DNA of 64,000 nucleotides from Candidatus Latescibacterota bacterium (GCA_965204725.1 OZ242005.1:3648001-3712000); one strand, 5' to 3'; positions 53,129 to 62,419 are shown, counted from the first letter of the stretch. The notes: a model not told the origin generated them from the letters alone. Numbers and translations are program-made.

Positions 53129-56100
53129 CTACTTGAGCAACAGCATCTTCCTTACGGCGTGGAACTCGCCGCCGGCTTGCAAGCGGTAGAAGTAAACCCC
53201 TGCTGACAGGCTTTGGCCGTTGTCGTTGGTGGCGTCCCAAGCGACTAGATAGCGGCCGGCAGCTTGGTGCTCAGCCACCAGCGTCCGCACGACCTGACCG
53301 ACGACATTATAGACCGTTAGTTGCACGTCCGCCGGTTGCGGCAAGGCGTACTGGATCGTCGTCGCCGGGTTGAAGGGGTTCGGGTAGTTGGTTGCGAGCG
53401 CGAAGGCGGCGGGGCGCGTTTGGAGCTGCATTGTTACGCTGGCACCGAGGGCGTCCGTCACCGTGTAGATGTAAACGGGGGAGCCTTCGGACTGCGGCGT
53501 ACCGGAAATCGTCCGGGTGGATGCGTCGAAGGACAGGCCCGCAGGTAATTCGGGGGAAAGGGTGTACGTCAACGGGGCGGTGCCGCCGGTGGCTGAAGGG
53601 AGCGTGAAAGCATTGACCGGCTGACCGGAGATGAACTCGGGGATGGAAGCACCGTCGTCGGAAGCGGTTGGGACGAGCTTGCCGGCGCCGAAGAAGACTA
53701 GGTCGAAGGTTATCTCGGCGTTGACTGTGATGGAGAAGGTCAACGTGGCGGAGGCTCCCGTGCCGTCGGCGGCGGTATAGGTTACTTCGACAGGTTCGTC
53801 GGTAGCGGCGTCGGGTGTGCCGGAAATCGTCCGCGTGGCCGCGTCGAAGGACAGGCCCGCGGGCAGGTCGGTGACGCTATACGCGATGTCGCCGACACCG
53901 CCAACGGCGGCGGGCAGTTCCATAGCGCTGATCGCCGTACCAGCGGTGTATTTTTGGTCGGCAATGGACGTGCCGTCGGCGAAGGCGAGAGGGGTGGCTT
54001 CTGGGGGAAGCGGGGGCTCAGCACCGTCGGCGAGCGTGATGTGGGCTGAACCGCCGGTCAGGCCCTCAGCAGAGGCGATGAGGGTGATCGTCTCGTTGCC
54101 TTCGTCCTCGTTGTCGGCCGTCGGGTCGATCAGCAGGGTGATCGAACCGGAGGTGGAACCGGCCGGGATGGACAGCGAGGGGTTGTACAACGCGGAATAG
54201 TCTAAATCGCGGGTGGCAGCCGATTCTGGGTCAATGGAGAGGGTTACGGTGGCAGCCGCGTCGAGAGCCTTGCCGTCTAGCATGGCGGTGACGGTCAGTT
54301 GCGTTACGCCGGCGTCCTCGCTGAGGGTGTGCGGCGTTACCTCCAGCGACAGGGACGTGCTGGGCGTCTCGTCGTCGGCGATTTTGATGTCGGTTTGGGC
54401 GGAGCCGCCGGAAGCGGAGGCTTGCGCGCCTAGGTACTTGTTGCCATCGACCTCCTCGTTGTCGAGGGGGGTGAGGGTTAGCAGCGTCCGGCCTTGTGTC
54501 TCACCGGCGGCGACGACGACCGAGCCGCCGATGACGGCGGTGTAATCGGCGTCGCGCACGGCCGGCGTGCCGGAACTGGGGGCGGCAATGGTGAAGAGGA
54601 TGGTCTCGGCTCTGGGGGCGGGAGCGGCTAGCGTCGCCGTCAGGAGGATGGCGGTGGTCTCGCCGTTCTCGCGGATGGAGGAATGGGTCGAGGTGATGCT
54701 GGCGACGCGCACGGTGGCCGGCGGGGCCGTACCGATCTCAAAGGTGAGGCTGAGGACGGCGGTGTTGACTGGGTCGGGCGCGCTGTCGATGACGGTGTAC
54801 ACGACGGTGGCGTCGCCTGCCGTCAGCGGTGTGCCCGATAGGGTGCGGGTTTCTGCGTCGAATTTTAGACCGGCGGGCAGGGTGGCGGACACGCTATACG
54901 TCTTGTCGCCAATGCCGCCGGTGGCGGCGGGCAGGACATAAGGCTCAATGGCCGTGCCGACGACGTATTCAAACACGGTGGAGACTACATCGACGTCCTC
55001 GTCGAAAACGAGGCCGCCCGGGGCCGTCTCTGGGTCGCCATCTTTTAGGGTTATGACGGTTGTGGTGACGGTGACGTCCTCGTCGTCATCATTCTTCACC
55101 GGGCTTTTCAGCGCGGTCAGGCCGATCTTTTTGTCGCCGCCCGCGAGGGGGGTTACGGACACAGTGGTTGTGCCGCTGACTTCGCCGGCCTCAATCGTCA
55201 GGCCGCGCAGAATGGCGGTGTATTCGGTGTCGCGGGTGGCGGCTTTATCGGCGTCGTCCACGTCGCCGTCGGCGTCCGTGTCGGTGGTGACGACTAAGAC
55301 TATGTTCACGTCCTCGTCGAAGGATTGGCCGTCTAAGGTGCCGGTGATCGTGACGTTGTTGGCGCCGGTGCCGGCCTTGAGTTCGGCGGGATTGGCCGTC
55401 AGCATGATCTGAGTGCTCTGCGTCTCGTCATCTACAATGGTGATCGTCGCGGTGGCGTCCGTGGCGGACTCGCCGACCGAGGCGACTACATCGAAGGTGC
55501 GCGCGTCGTTCACCACCTCGTTATCGACCGGGGTGAGCACCAGCGTGGTTGAGGCTGTGGTCTGGCCTTTGGGCACGACGAGATCGCTCAAGACGACCGT
55601 GTAGTCTATGTCGCGGCGACCCTCTTGCGGGTTGATGGTGAACGTCACTCGCGTATCTGACGCTACGGCGTCCTTCAAGGTGACTTTCAGGGCGATTTCT
55701 TGCCGACCGGCTCCCTCGCGGATTGTCGCAGGCGTGGCAGTCAGGCCGTCGGTCGCGCTTTTGAGCGTGACAACGGGGGTGTCCGTTATCTCAAAGAGAT
55801 GGTGGGGAAACTCAATATACTGCGGCAGTTTGCTTTCAACTAACACAAACCTCGGATTCGACGTAGGCCACCAATCGGGACGGGTACGGGAAGGATGAGT
55901 CTCGAGACGGTCCATCCTACCAGCCGGCTGAGTAGTATCGTACTCTTGGCTATACTGAGCACCCCGGTCAGCGATCCAAGGGACCCTTTTAGCCGCTATC
56001 GCAGCCAGCAGCAGGGCTCCGCCGTCGCGAGCGGGGACGCGGGTGTTTGATGGTCCGACATCTCCGCCAAATAGGGCAAAAGGAGGACCAACCCCTACAT

Positions 56101-57586
56101 TCTGGCCCTGCGTCCCAGCATCATTACGAGCACCACCTAGAAAGTCTTGGAGAGTACCATCGTTATCAAAAGCATCAATCACCCCATTACCGTTCAGGTC
56201 GACGCCGATTCTCCCTTCCCGAATAAGGCCGTCGCAGCGGCCATCAAAGTTGAGATCGTGTTGGGACAGGGGGCCGGAGGTCGTGGGGGTGCAGCCTAAA
56301 CCTTCTTCGTTGAAGATAACGGCGCGGTCGGGCCGCTTAGTACCACCAGAGACGTAACCGCCGATTTTACTAAGCGCCAGCGAGTCGCTCATGTCCCCAT
56401 CGAGGTTCAAGTCAATGCCGTTGAGGACCAGCTTCTCCGTCCCCGCCGCGAACGCGATGTAGCCAACCTTGCCTTTGGGATCGATGGTAATCGTCGCCTT
56501 CCCCGATGGCTTATTCCGGCGTATGGTTAGCGACGCGGACTGCGCCGAGTAATCCGTATCGCGCGTCAGTACATCGGACGCACTAACACCCAGCGGGAAA
56601 TTAGTGTGACGATCACCGGGGAACTGCGTTTTATGGATCAAGGTAAAGGTTTGGTCCGACCGCAACGGGGCACCGTTCAAGGTCGCGGTCACGGTAACCT
56701 CGGTCGGCCCCGCATCCTTGCTCAGACTGGCCGGCGAAAACGAAAGGTTTACCTGATTGGTTAGCTTTTCGTCGTCCGTTACGCGAATCTCCGTCCGCTT
56801 AACTGTCTCGCTACCGGCAAGGCCGTCAATTTTAATGATAAGATCGGGATAGCGGCGGCCCAGGAGGGTGCCGCGCTGTTCGAAGTGGTAGTAACGGTAT
56901 TGATTACCGAAAAGGTCGTCGGTGTATTGAACACCATCCTTGAGAACGAGGACTTGCAGCGGACTTGAAATTATTTGTTGACTAATGGACTCATCACGAT
57001 CAAGGCCCCAAGGAATGGTGAAGTCATCATAGGTATTATAAAGACCGCGCTCGTCGTTATCCCTCGGCGTGAGGATAATGGTGCCGGTCGCCTTTTTCTG
57101 GTCCTTCGGAATGACTAACGTCGGCAGCGTGATGGCGAATTGGCTATTGACCTGGGCGCGACTATTGTACCAGTCTTTCCAATCCCCCCCCGGCCTAGTC
57201 AGAGGCGCACTCTGGCGAGCACCGCTATCACGGTTCGCAGCGGGAAGGGCCCACCAAGGCTGCCCATAACCCGTCCAACGACCATCTGCATCTATAGTAT
57301 GGCCGGGGCTGAGATTCCCTACTCCGTTGGGGAGGGGAGTCCCGGAGAGATCAGAAATCAAAGTCTGGGCCCCGAGTTTCAGGGAGACGACCGTATTCGC
57401 CGTCACCTTCGCGTCGCTTTCGGCAGTCACGGTGATTTCGGTTCGTCCGTCCTCCTCGCGTATCAGCGGCTTATCGACCGACAGCGTAATCTCCGCTGCC
57501 GCCGCGCCTGCCCAGCCCAACGCCAAGACCGCGACGAGCAGGTAAAGAGCGTAGGGCCGGGATGCAAAAGACTTCATGGATGTCAT
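53129..57586 (-). CDS. Large secreted/surface protein: Calx-beta/Ig-like repeats, putative-Ig (He_PIG) repeats, C-terminal FlgD/T9SS-A-like sorting domain
   Basis: Signal peptide; xRDxDY repeats; LPAGLSFDAATRTISGTP; NYPNPFNP...GVYFYRL...KMLLLK; AGGAGG RBS. Confidence 0.92.
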   Translation of the reverse strand: MTSMKSFASRPYALYLLVAVLALGWAGAAAAEITLSVDKPLIREEDGRTEITVTAESDAKVTANTVVSLKLGAQTLISDLSGTPLPNGVGNLSPGHTIDADGRWTGYGQPWWALPAANRDSGARQSAPLTRPGGDWKDWYNSRAQVNSQFAITLPTLVIPKDQKKATGTIILTPRDNDERGLYNTYDDFTIPWGLDRDESISQQIISSPLQVLVLKDGVQYTDDLFGNQYRYYHFEQRGTLLGRRYPDLIIKIDGLAGSETVKRTEIRVTDDEKLTNQVNLSFSPASLSKDAGPTEVTVTATLNGAPLRSDQTFTLIHKTQFPGDRHTNFPLGVSASDVLTRDTDYSAQSASLTIRRNKPSGKATITIDPKGKVGYIAFAAGTEKLVLNGIDLNLDGDMSDSLALSKIGGYVSGGTKRPDRAVIFNEEGLGCTPTTSGPLSQHDLNFDGRCDGLIREGRIGVDLNGNGVIDAFDNDGTLQDFLGGARNDAGTQGQNVGVGPPFALFGGDVGPSNTRVPARDGGALLLAAIAAKRVPWIADRGAQYSQEYDTTQPAGRMDRLETHPSRTRPDWWPTSNPRFVLVESKLPQYIEFPHHLFEITDTPVVTLKSATDGLTATPATIREGAGRQEIALKVTLKDAVASDTRVTFTINPQEGRRDIDYTVVLSDLVVPKGQTTASTTLVLTPVDNEVVNDARTFDVVASVGESATDATATITIVDDETQSTQIMLTANPAELKAGTGANNVTITGTLDGQSFDEDVNIVLVVTTDTDADGDVDDADKAATRDTEYTAILRGLTIEAGEVSGTTTVSVTPLAGGDKKIGLTALKSPVKNDDDEDVTVTTTVITLKDGDPETAPGGLVFDEDVDVVSTVFEYVVGTAIEPYVLPAATGGIGDKTYSVSATLPAGLKFDAETRTLSGTPLTAGDATVVYTVIDSAPDPVNTAVLSLTFEIGTAPPATVRVASITSTHSSIRENGETTAILLTATLAAPAPRAETILFTIAAPSSGTPAVRDADYTAVIGGSVVVAAGETQGRTLLTLTPLDNEEVDGNKYLGAQASASGGSAQTDIKIADDETPSTSLSLEVTPHTLSEDAGVTQLTVTAMLDGKALDAAATVTLSIDPESAATRDLDYSALYNPSLSIPAGSTSGSITLLIDPTADNEDEGNETITLIASAEGLTGGSAHITLADGAEPPLPPEATPLAFADGTSIADQKYTAGTAISAMELPAAVGGVGDIAYSVTDLPAGLSFDAATRTISGTPDAATDEPVEVTYTAADGTGASATLTFSITVNAEITFDLVFFGAGKLVPTASDDGASIPEFISGQPVNAFTLPSATGGTAPLTYTLSPELPAGLSFDASTRTISGTPQSEGSPVYIYTVTDALGASVTMQLQTRPAAFALATNYPNPFNPATTIQYALPQPADVQLTVYNVVGQVVRTLVAEHQAAGRYLVAWDATNDNGQSLSAGVYFYRLQAGGEFHAVRKMLLLK

Positions 57587-57785
57587 CGTTCAACCTCCTG
57601 TGGAATGCAAAGAATACAAAGAGACGTTTTTAGGTTATTCAAGCCATTCAATAATTATGCTAAAAGAGGCTATTTTTGCAAGCATAAGTTGCGTTTGACG
57701 TGTCGGGAAGGACCAAAAGATAGCCACAAAAGGCACAAAAGGCACAAAGGGGGGGAGGGGCAGGGGAGGGCTGGGAGGGGCGTTC

Positions 57786-57856
57786 ATGGATTCCCGCTTG
57801 CGCGGGAATGACGAGTTCTTGCGCCTTCCGTCATTCCCGCGCAAGCGGGAATCCAT
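57786..57856. repeat. Inverted pair of REP hairpins (28-bp perfect inverted repeat)
   Basis: ATGGATTCCCGCTTGCGCGGGAATGACG ... CGTCATTCCCGCGCAAGCGGGAATCCAT. Confidence 0.85.
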
Positions 57857-57922
57857 AAAAGCGTCCTGCCGCGCCCGACCGTCCCCCACCCGCGCCACAC
57901 CCCCACGCCGCCGCGCCCTGCC

Positions 57923-58374
57923 GGTATGAGATACTTCGCTGCGCTCAGTATGACAGGAAGCCGGAAGCCTGTGGTCGCGTCGCTGGTGTCGTGGGGGGGG
58001 GGGGGGGGGGGTAAGTGCTTGTCTTTCAATAAGTTACGACAAATCGTTAAGTCTTGACGTTGTAAGCAGGATGCGGTCATCGCGGCTGGCTGGCCCGCCG
58101 CCAACATCCTCTCATAATTCAGTTGATTTACCATCTTCCTATTCGTCCCTGTTCATTCTGCTCATTCATAAAACACCAAAATATGCCGAAAAACCCCCGC
58201 CCGCAAAGGCCGCCCGTGTGTCCTGCTGAGGAAGCGCAGCGAAGCCGAAGCATCTTTACATGCTTTCGAGGCCGTTATAAGGGATGTTCTGTATGGAGTG
58301 TTGGGTATGAGATACTTCGCTACGCTCAGTATGACAGGAAGGCTGTGGTCGCGTCGCTGGCGTCGTAGGGGGGG
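57923..58374. repeat. About 70-bp direct repeat (57923-58011 and 58304-58374): class 3 REP plus GTCGCGTCG motif and G-run
   Basis: ggtatgagatacttcgctRcgctcagtatgacaggaag...tgtggtcgcgtcgctgg in both; complementary partner near 58219-58255. Confidence 0.75.
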
Positions 58375-58382
58375 CGGCTAGA

Positions 58383-58820
58383 TCAGGGCAACCGCACCAA
58401 AATCAACGTCCCCAACGCCACCAAGCTAGCCACCTGCATCCCCACCAACCACCGCGTCAGCACATCAATACGGTGCCTTTGCTTGTCGATAGCTTGCTCC
58501 ATGCGGTCAAAGCGAGCGTTCGTCTGCTGCCCTTGTGCGGCGATCTCTTGCCGCAGGTCGCGGCCTTGCTCGTCGATGGTTTGCTCCATGCGGTCAAAGC
58601 GAGCGTTCGTCTGCTGCCCTTGCTCGGCGATCTCTTGCCGCAGGTCGCGGCCTTGCTCGTCGATGCGGCGGCCTTGCTCGGCAATGGTTTGCTCCATGCG
58701 GCCTAAGCGGACGTTGGTCTCGCGGCTTTGCTCGACGAATTGATCGGCAAGGCCTTCTAACCGGCCAAGGCGGAGGTCGCGGTCTTGCGTTTGAGTGAGG
58801 GGGAGGGGTTGTTCCGTCAT
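58383..58820 (-). CDS. Modular coiled-coil membrane-anchored protein, 145 aa
   Basis: Same family; AAAGGAG RBS. Confidence 0.85.
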   Translation of the reverse strand: MTEQPLPLTQTQDRDLRLGRLEGLADQFVEQSRETNVRLGRMEQTIAEQGRRIDEQGRDLRQEIAEQGQQTNARFDRMEQTIDEQGRDLRQEIAAQGQQTNARFDRMEQAIDKQRHRIDVLTRWLVGMQVASLVALGTLILVRLP

Positions 58821-58906
58821 GATTCACTCCTTTCGAGTGAGGGGTTCGGGGGCTGTTTGGGTATGGCCTGAGAGCGTTTAGGCCATACCTGCAAGATAAG
58901 TGAAAA

Positions 58907-59117
58907 TCAGCGGCGCGTCACCTCTATATCCCGCGCAAGCGCAAGAACATAGCGGCTGATTCGGGTGAGCATGGAAAAGACCGTCTCAAGGACCATCCGC
59001 TCGCTCCATTTTACGGCGAAGCAGGAGGACGGTGTCTTCTTTGGCAATAACCGCACCGACGACATAACGCACGATGCCTTCCGAATTGGCTTCTTCAAGG
59101 AACGTGTTTGCAGTCAC
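58907..59117 (-). pseudogene. Chimeric debris: NUDIX-like N-terminus joined to a transposase-like fragment
   Basis: RYVVGAVIAKEDTVLLLRRK in one frame; WSERMVLETVFSMLT in another. Confidence 0.4.
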
Positions 59118-59302
59118 AGCAAATCCTTGCGGCAGTCGGCAACCTTGCGGAATGCCTTGAACTTTCGTTTGGAAATGGGCTGAGAATATACGGAGCGGCT
59201 AGCGGGTGGCTCAAGGCGCGGCGATTGCTTTTCAGGGGCGGTGTGGTTGGTTACTATTTGAGGGTGTGTAGAGATAGCGACCAATCGCTAACGGGAGGAA
59301 TT

Positions 59303-60439
59303 ATGCTGACTAAAGAAGGATGCCGTGCGCGGCAGCAGCGCCTGTGTGCGCGGCTGGCCGAGCTCGACATCGACTCGGTAGTGCTCAACCATCCAAAGGA
59401 AATCTACTACTTCACCGGGATCATCATCCCGGAAGAGTTCCCCGGCCCGCCGGCCCTCTTCTGGCTAGGGGCCGATGGACACTCCTTGCTGATCGCACAT
59501 ACCGACGCCGGCGAGCCGTGCGCCGACGAGTGCGTCTCCTTTTCCCTCAGCGTCGGCGGCACAGTCTCGCCCGACCTACGAGAGGTGATAAGCGGGCTAA
59601 TCGTCGATACGCTGCGGGCCAAAAAGCCGGCGGCAGGCCGCTTGGGATGGCAGAGCGAGTTTTTGCCGCGTCGCTTGGGACAGGCGGTTGAAGAAGGGCT
59701 GGGCAAAACGCCGGTGTGGATTGCGGTTGATGACCTGCTCGCCGACATGCAGGAGGTCAAGGACCCCGACGAGATCGAGCTGCTACGCAAGGTCGTGCAG
59801 GTTGATCTGGCCGCATACTCCGCAGCGGAAGCGGCGATTGCGCCGGGCGTCAACGAACTGGAGGTGCTAGCGGCGGCGCAGCGAGCAGCGCACCTTGCGG
59901 CCGGTGAGAAAGTGTTCCACGACGGCGACTACCAGTGCGGTGAGTTGGGCGGTTTTGCCCGCAATCGCCCGATTGAGGCCGGAGAAATCTACGTCATTGA
60001 CGCTTGGTCGGTGTACCGCGGCTATTGGGCGGATTTGTGCCGCAGCTTTGCAGTGGGTGAGCCGACCGAAGTGCAGCATTCCGTCTTTGAGCACGTCAAG
60101 GGCTTTCACGACCGCGTCGGCGAGTACTTGCAGCCGGGCAAAGACGGCCGCGAATGCGCGGTGGCCATGGACGCCTATATCCGCGAGCATCCCAAATTAG
60201 CCGACGTCGGCTTGATCCACCACGCCGGGCACAACATCGGCCTGCGGGCGCACCAGATGCCCGACCTCAACAAGGAGCGCGGCGGCACCTTGCGCGTGGG
60301 CAACGTGGTCTCGGTCGAGCCGGGGGCCTACATCCCCGAGGCGCGGGCGGGGGTGCGGCTGGAAAACATGTATCTAATTACCGAGGGCGGCTTGGAAAAC
60401 CTGTCGCCGTATCCAATGGAATTGGGGGCACACTGTTGA
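59303..60439 (+). CDS. M24-family Xaa-Pro peptidase
   Basis: KDPDEI, YWADLCRS, HHAGHNIG, VEPGAY, GVRLEN. Confidence 0.92.
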   Translation: MLTKEGCRARQQRLCARLAELDIDSVVLNHPKEIYYFTGIIIPEEFPGPPALFWLGADGHSLLIAHTDAGEPCADECVSFSLSVGGTVSPDLREVISGLIVDTLRAKKPAAGRLGWQSEFLPRRLGQAVEEGLGKTPVWIAVDDLLADMQEVKDPDEIELLRKVVQVDLAAYSAAEAAIAPGVNELEVLAAAQRAAHLAAGEKVFHDGDYQCGELGGFARNRPIEAGEIYVIDAWSVYRGYWADLCRSFAVGEPTEVQHSVFEHVKGFHDRVGEYLQPGKDGRECAVAMDAYIREHPKLADVGLIHHAGHNIGLRAHQMPDLNKERGGTLRVGNVVSVEPGAYIPEARAGVRLENMYLITEGGLENLSPYPMELGAHC

Positions 60440-61254
60440 GCGAGCTACTCGAATTTGCCGAAGACCTCGCCCAGCGCGCTGGGGCGCTAATCGCCAAAGC
60501 ACGGGCGGACCGGGCACTGGATCTGAGTTACAAGGAAGGGATTGAGCTGTTGACGTCGGCCGATTTGCAGGCCGACCAACTCATCCGCAGCGCGATCGAA
60601 AAGACCTTTCCCGAACACCACATCCTCTCCGAAGAATCCTCGCCCGAAATCGCCGAGCCCGCATGGCTGCACGGCCCTTTGTGGGTCATCGACCCGATTG
60701 ACGGCACCGTGAACTACGCCTATAACCAGCCCCAAGTGGCCGTGTCAATCGCCTTTGTCGAAGGCGGCCAAGTGCAGGTCGGGGTGGTGCGCTGCCCCTT
60801 TGTAGAAGAGACCTTTACCGCCCAGCGCGATGTGGGTGCTTGGCTCAATGGCCGCCCCATTCGGCCCAGCGAGTGCAACCACCTATCCCACGCCCTGATT
60901 GGCACGGGCTTTCCCTACGCAGTCAAGGACAGAGAGGAGCTGATGGAGCGCTTGCGCCGCGTCCTCAGATGCTGCCGCGACATTCGCCGCGTAGGCTCGG
61001 CCGCCATTGATTTGTGCTGGGTGGCGATGGGCCGGCTCGACGGCTTTTACGAGACCCTCAAGCCTTGGGACTTGGCCGCGGCCGCGCTGATTGCGCGGGA
61101 AGCCGGTGCTCGCGTTGGGAACTTACAGCCCGTGGAAGGCGTGCTGCCGGAAGAATTGTACGGCCGCGACTTGGTCGCAGCCACGCCGGAAATCTACGAG
61201 CGACTGGTCGCGCTGTTGCATGGGCTGCCCTTCCTCAAGGGATACAAACCATGA
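60436..61254 (+). CDS. Inositol monophosphatase family protein
   Basis: SEE, WVIDPIDGTVNY, GSAA, PWDLAAA. Confidence 0.93.
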   Translation: MSELLEFAEDLAQRAGALIAKARADRALDLSYKEGIELLTSADLQADQLIRSAIEKTFPEHHILSEESSPEIAEPAWLHGPLWVIDPIDGTVNYAYNQPQVAVSIAFVEGGQVQVGVVRCPFVEETFTAQRDVGAWLNGRPIRPSECNHLSHALIGTGFPYAVKDREELMERLRRVLRCCRDIRRVGSAAIDLCWVAMGRLDGFYETLKPWDLAAAALIAREAGARVGNLQPVEGVLPEELYGRDLVAATPEIYERLVALLHGLPFLKGYKP

Positions 61255-62411
61255 AAATCAGCGACATCAAAGCCTATCCCACTTGGGTCGGCCACCGCAA
61301 TCAGCTCATCGTCAAGGTCGAGACCGACGAAGGCATCTACGGGTGGGGGGAGTCGGGCCTATCCGGGCGCGAGTTGGCTGTAGTCGGGGCTGTGCGGCAC
61401 TACCGGGAGTTTTTGCTCGGCCGGGACCCGCGCGAGATCGGGCGGCTCTGGCAGGAGATGTACCGCGGCCAGTACTTTGAAGGCGGGCGAGTGTTGACGG
61501 CGGCGATCTCGGCGATTGACATCGCCTTGCACGACGTGGTAGGCAAGGCCCTCGGCGTACCGGTCTATCAGCTTCTGGGCGGCAAGCAGCGCGAGTGGGT
61601 GCCTTGCTTTGCGACGACCGGGGCACCGGATCTGGAGACCTTGGTCAACAACTGCAAACTGCTGTTGGACAAGGGATGGGACGTGATTCGCACGGGAATG
61701 GCCCAGCGCAAACAATACGACGACGAGCGGCTGTTTGAGCCGCGCGAGACCATCGGCATCACGGCGGCTTGGCTGACTGAAGTGCGCCAAGAAATAGGTC
61801 CCGACCCGATCTTGGGCATCGACTATCACCACCGGCTGACGGTCGCCGAGAGCGCGTCGTTCTGCCAGAAGATGCCGCCGGGGACGCTCGATTTTCTCGA
61901 AGAACCCATCCGCGACGAGTGCCCCGAAGCCTACGAATCGCTCAGGACGATGACGGATGTGCCCTTTGCCATCGGCGAGGAGTTTGCCAGCAAGTGGCAG
62001 TTTTTGCCTTACCTTGAACGGGGCATCACCCAGTTTGCGCGGCTCGACGTGTGCAATGTCGGCGGGCTGACCGAGTCGATGAAGGTCGCCAGCTTAGCCG
62101 AATCGCATTACATCGACCTGATGCCACACAACCCGCTGGGGCCGATCTGCACGGCCGCGACCGTGCATCTGGCTGCGGCCGTGCCCAACTTCGCGTGGCT
62201 CGAGCATCGCGTGACGCCGACCGAGGCGGGGAAATTCATGGACGAGGAGTTGTTCCCGGCTCAGTGCGAATTGGTGGGGTCCATGTTAAAGGTGCCCGAG
62301 GGGCCGGGGCTGGGCGTGGAGTTCAACGAAGAGCTGGCCCAAGAACAGGAGTTCAAGTTTTGGGAAGCACCGCATTTGCGCCGACGAGATGGGTCGCATA
62401 CGAACTGGTGA
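61251..62411 (+). CDS. Mandelate racemase/enolase superfamily dehydratase (galactonate dehydratase-like)
   Basis: GWGES, DIALHD, DYHHR, EEP, IGEE, PHNP. Confidence 0.9.
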   Translation: MKISDIKAYPTWVGHRNQLIVKVETDEGIYGWGESGLSGRELAVVGAVRHYREFLLGRDPREIGRLWQEMYRGQYFEGGRVLTAAISAIDIALHDVVGKALGVPVYQLLGGKQREWVPCFATTGAPDLETLVNNCKLLLDKGWDVIRTGMAQRKQYDDERLFEPRETIGITAAWLTEVRQEIGPDPILGIDYHHRLTVAESASFCQKMPPGTLDFLEEPIRDECPEAYESLRTMTDVPFAIGEEFASKWQFLPYLERGITQFARLDVCNVGGLTESMKVASLAESHYIDLMPHNPLGPICTAATVHLAAAVPNFAWLEHRVTPTEAGKFMDEELFPAQCELVGSMLKVPEGPGLGVEFNEELAQEQEFKFWEAPHLRRRDGSHTNW

Positions 62412-62419
62412 TGACGCCG

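Noticed and set aside
46239-53270. Diversity-generating retroelement (TR/VR-like repeated 3' ends)
   Set aside because: Differences are synonymous and not adenine-specific, and there is no reverse transcriptase in the window
57724-57750. CACAAAAGG x3 short repeat as iteron or operator
   Set aside because: Short low-complexity repeat with no supporting context
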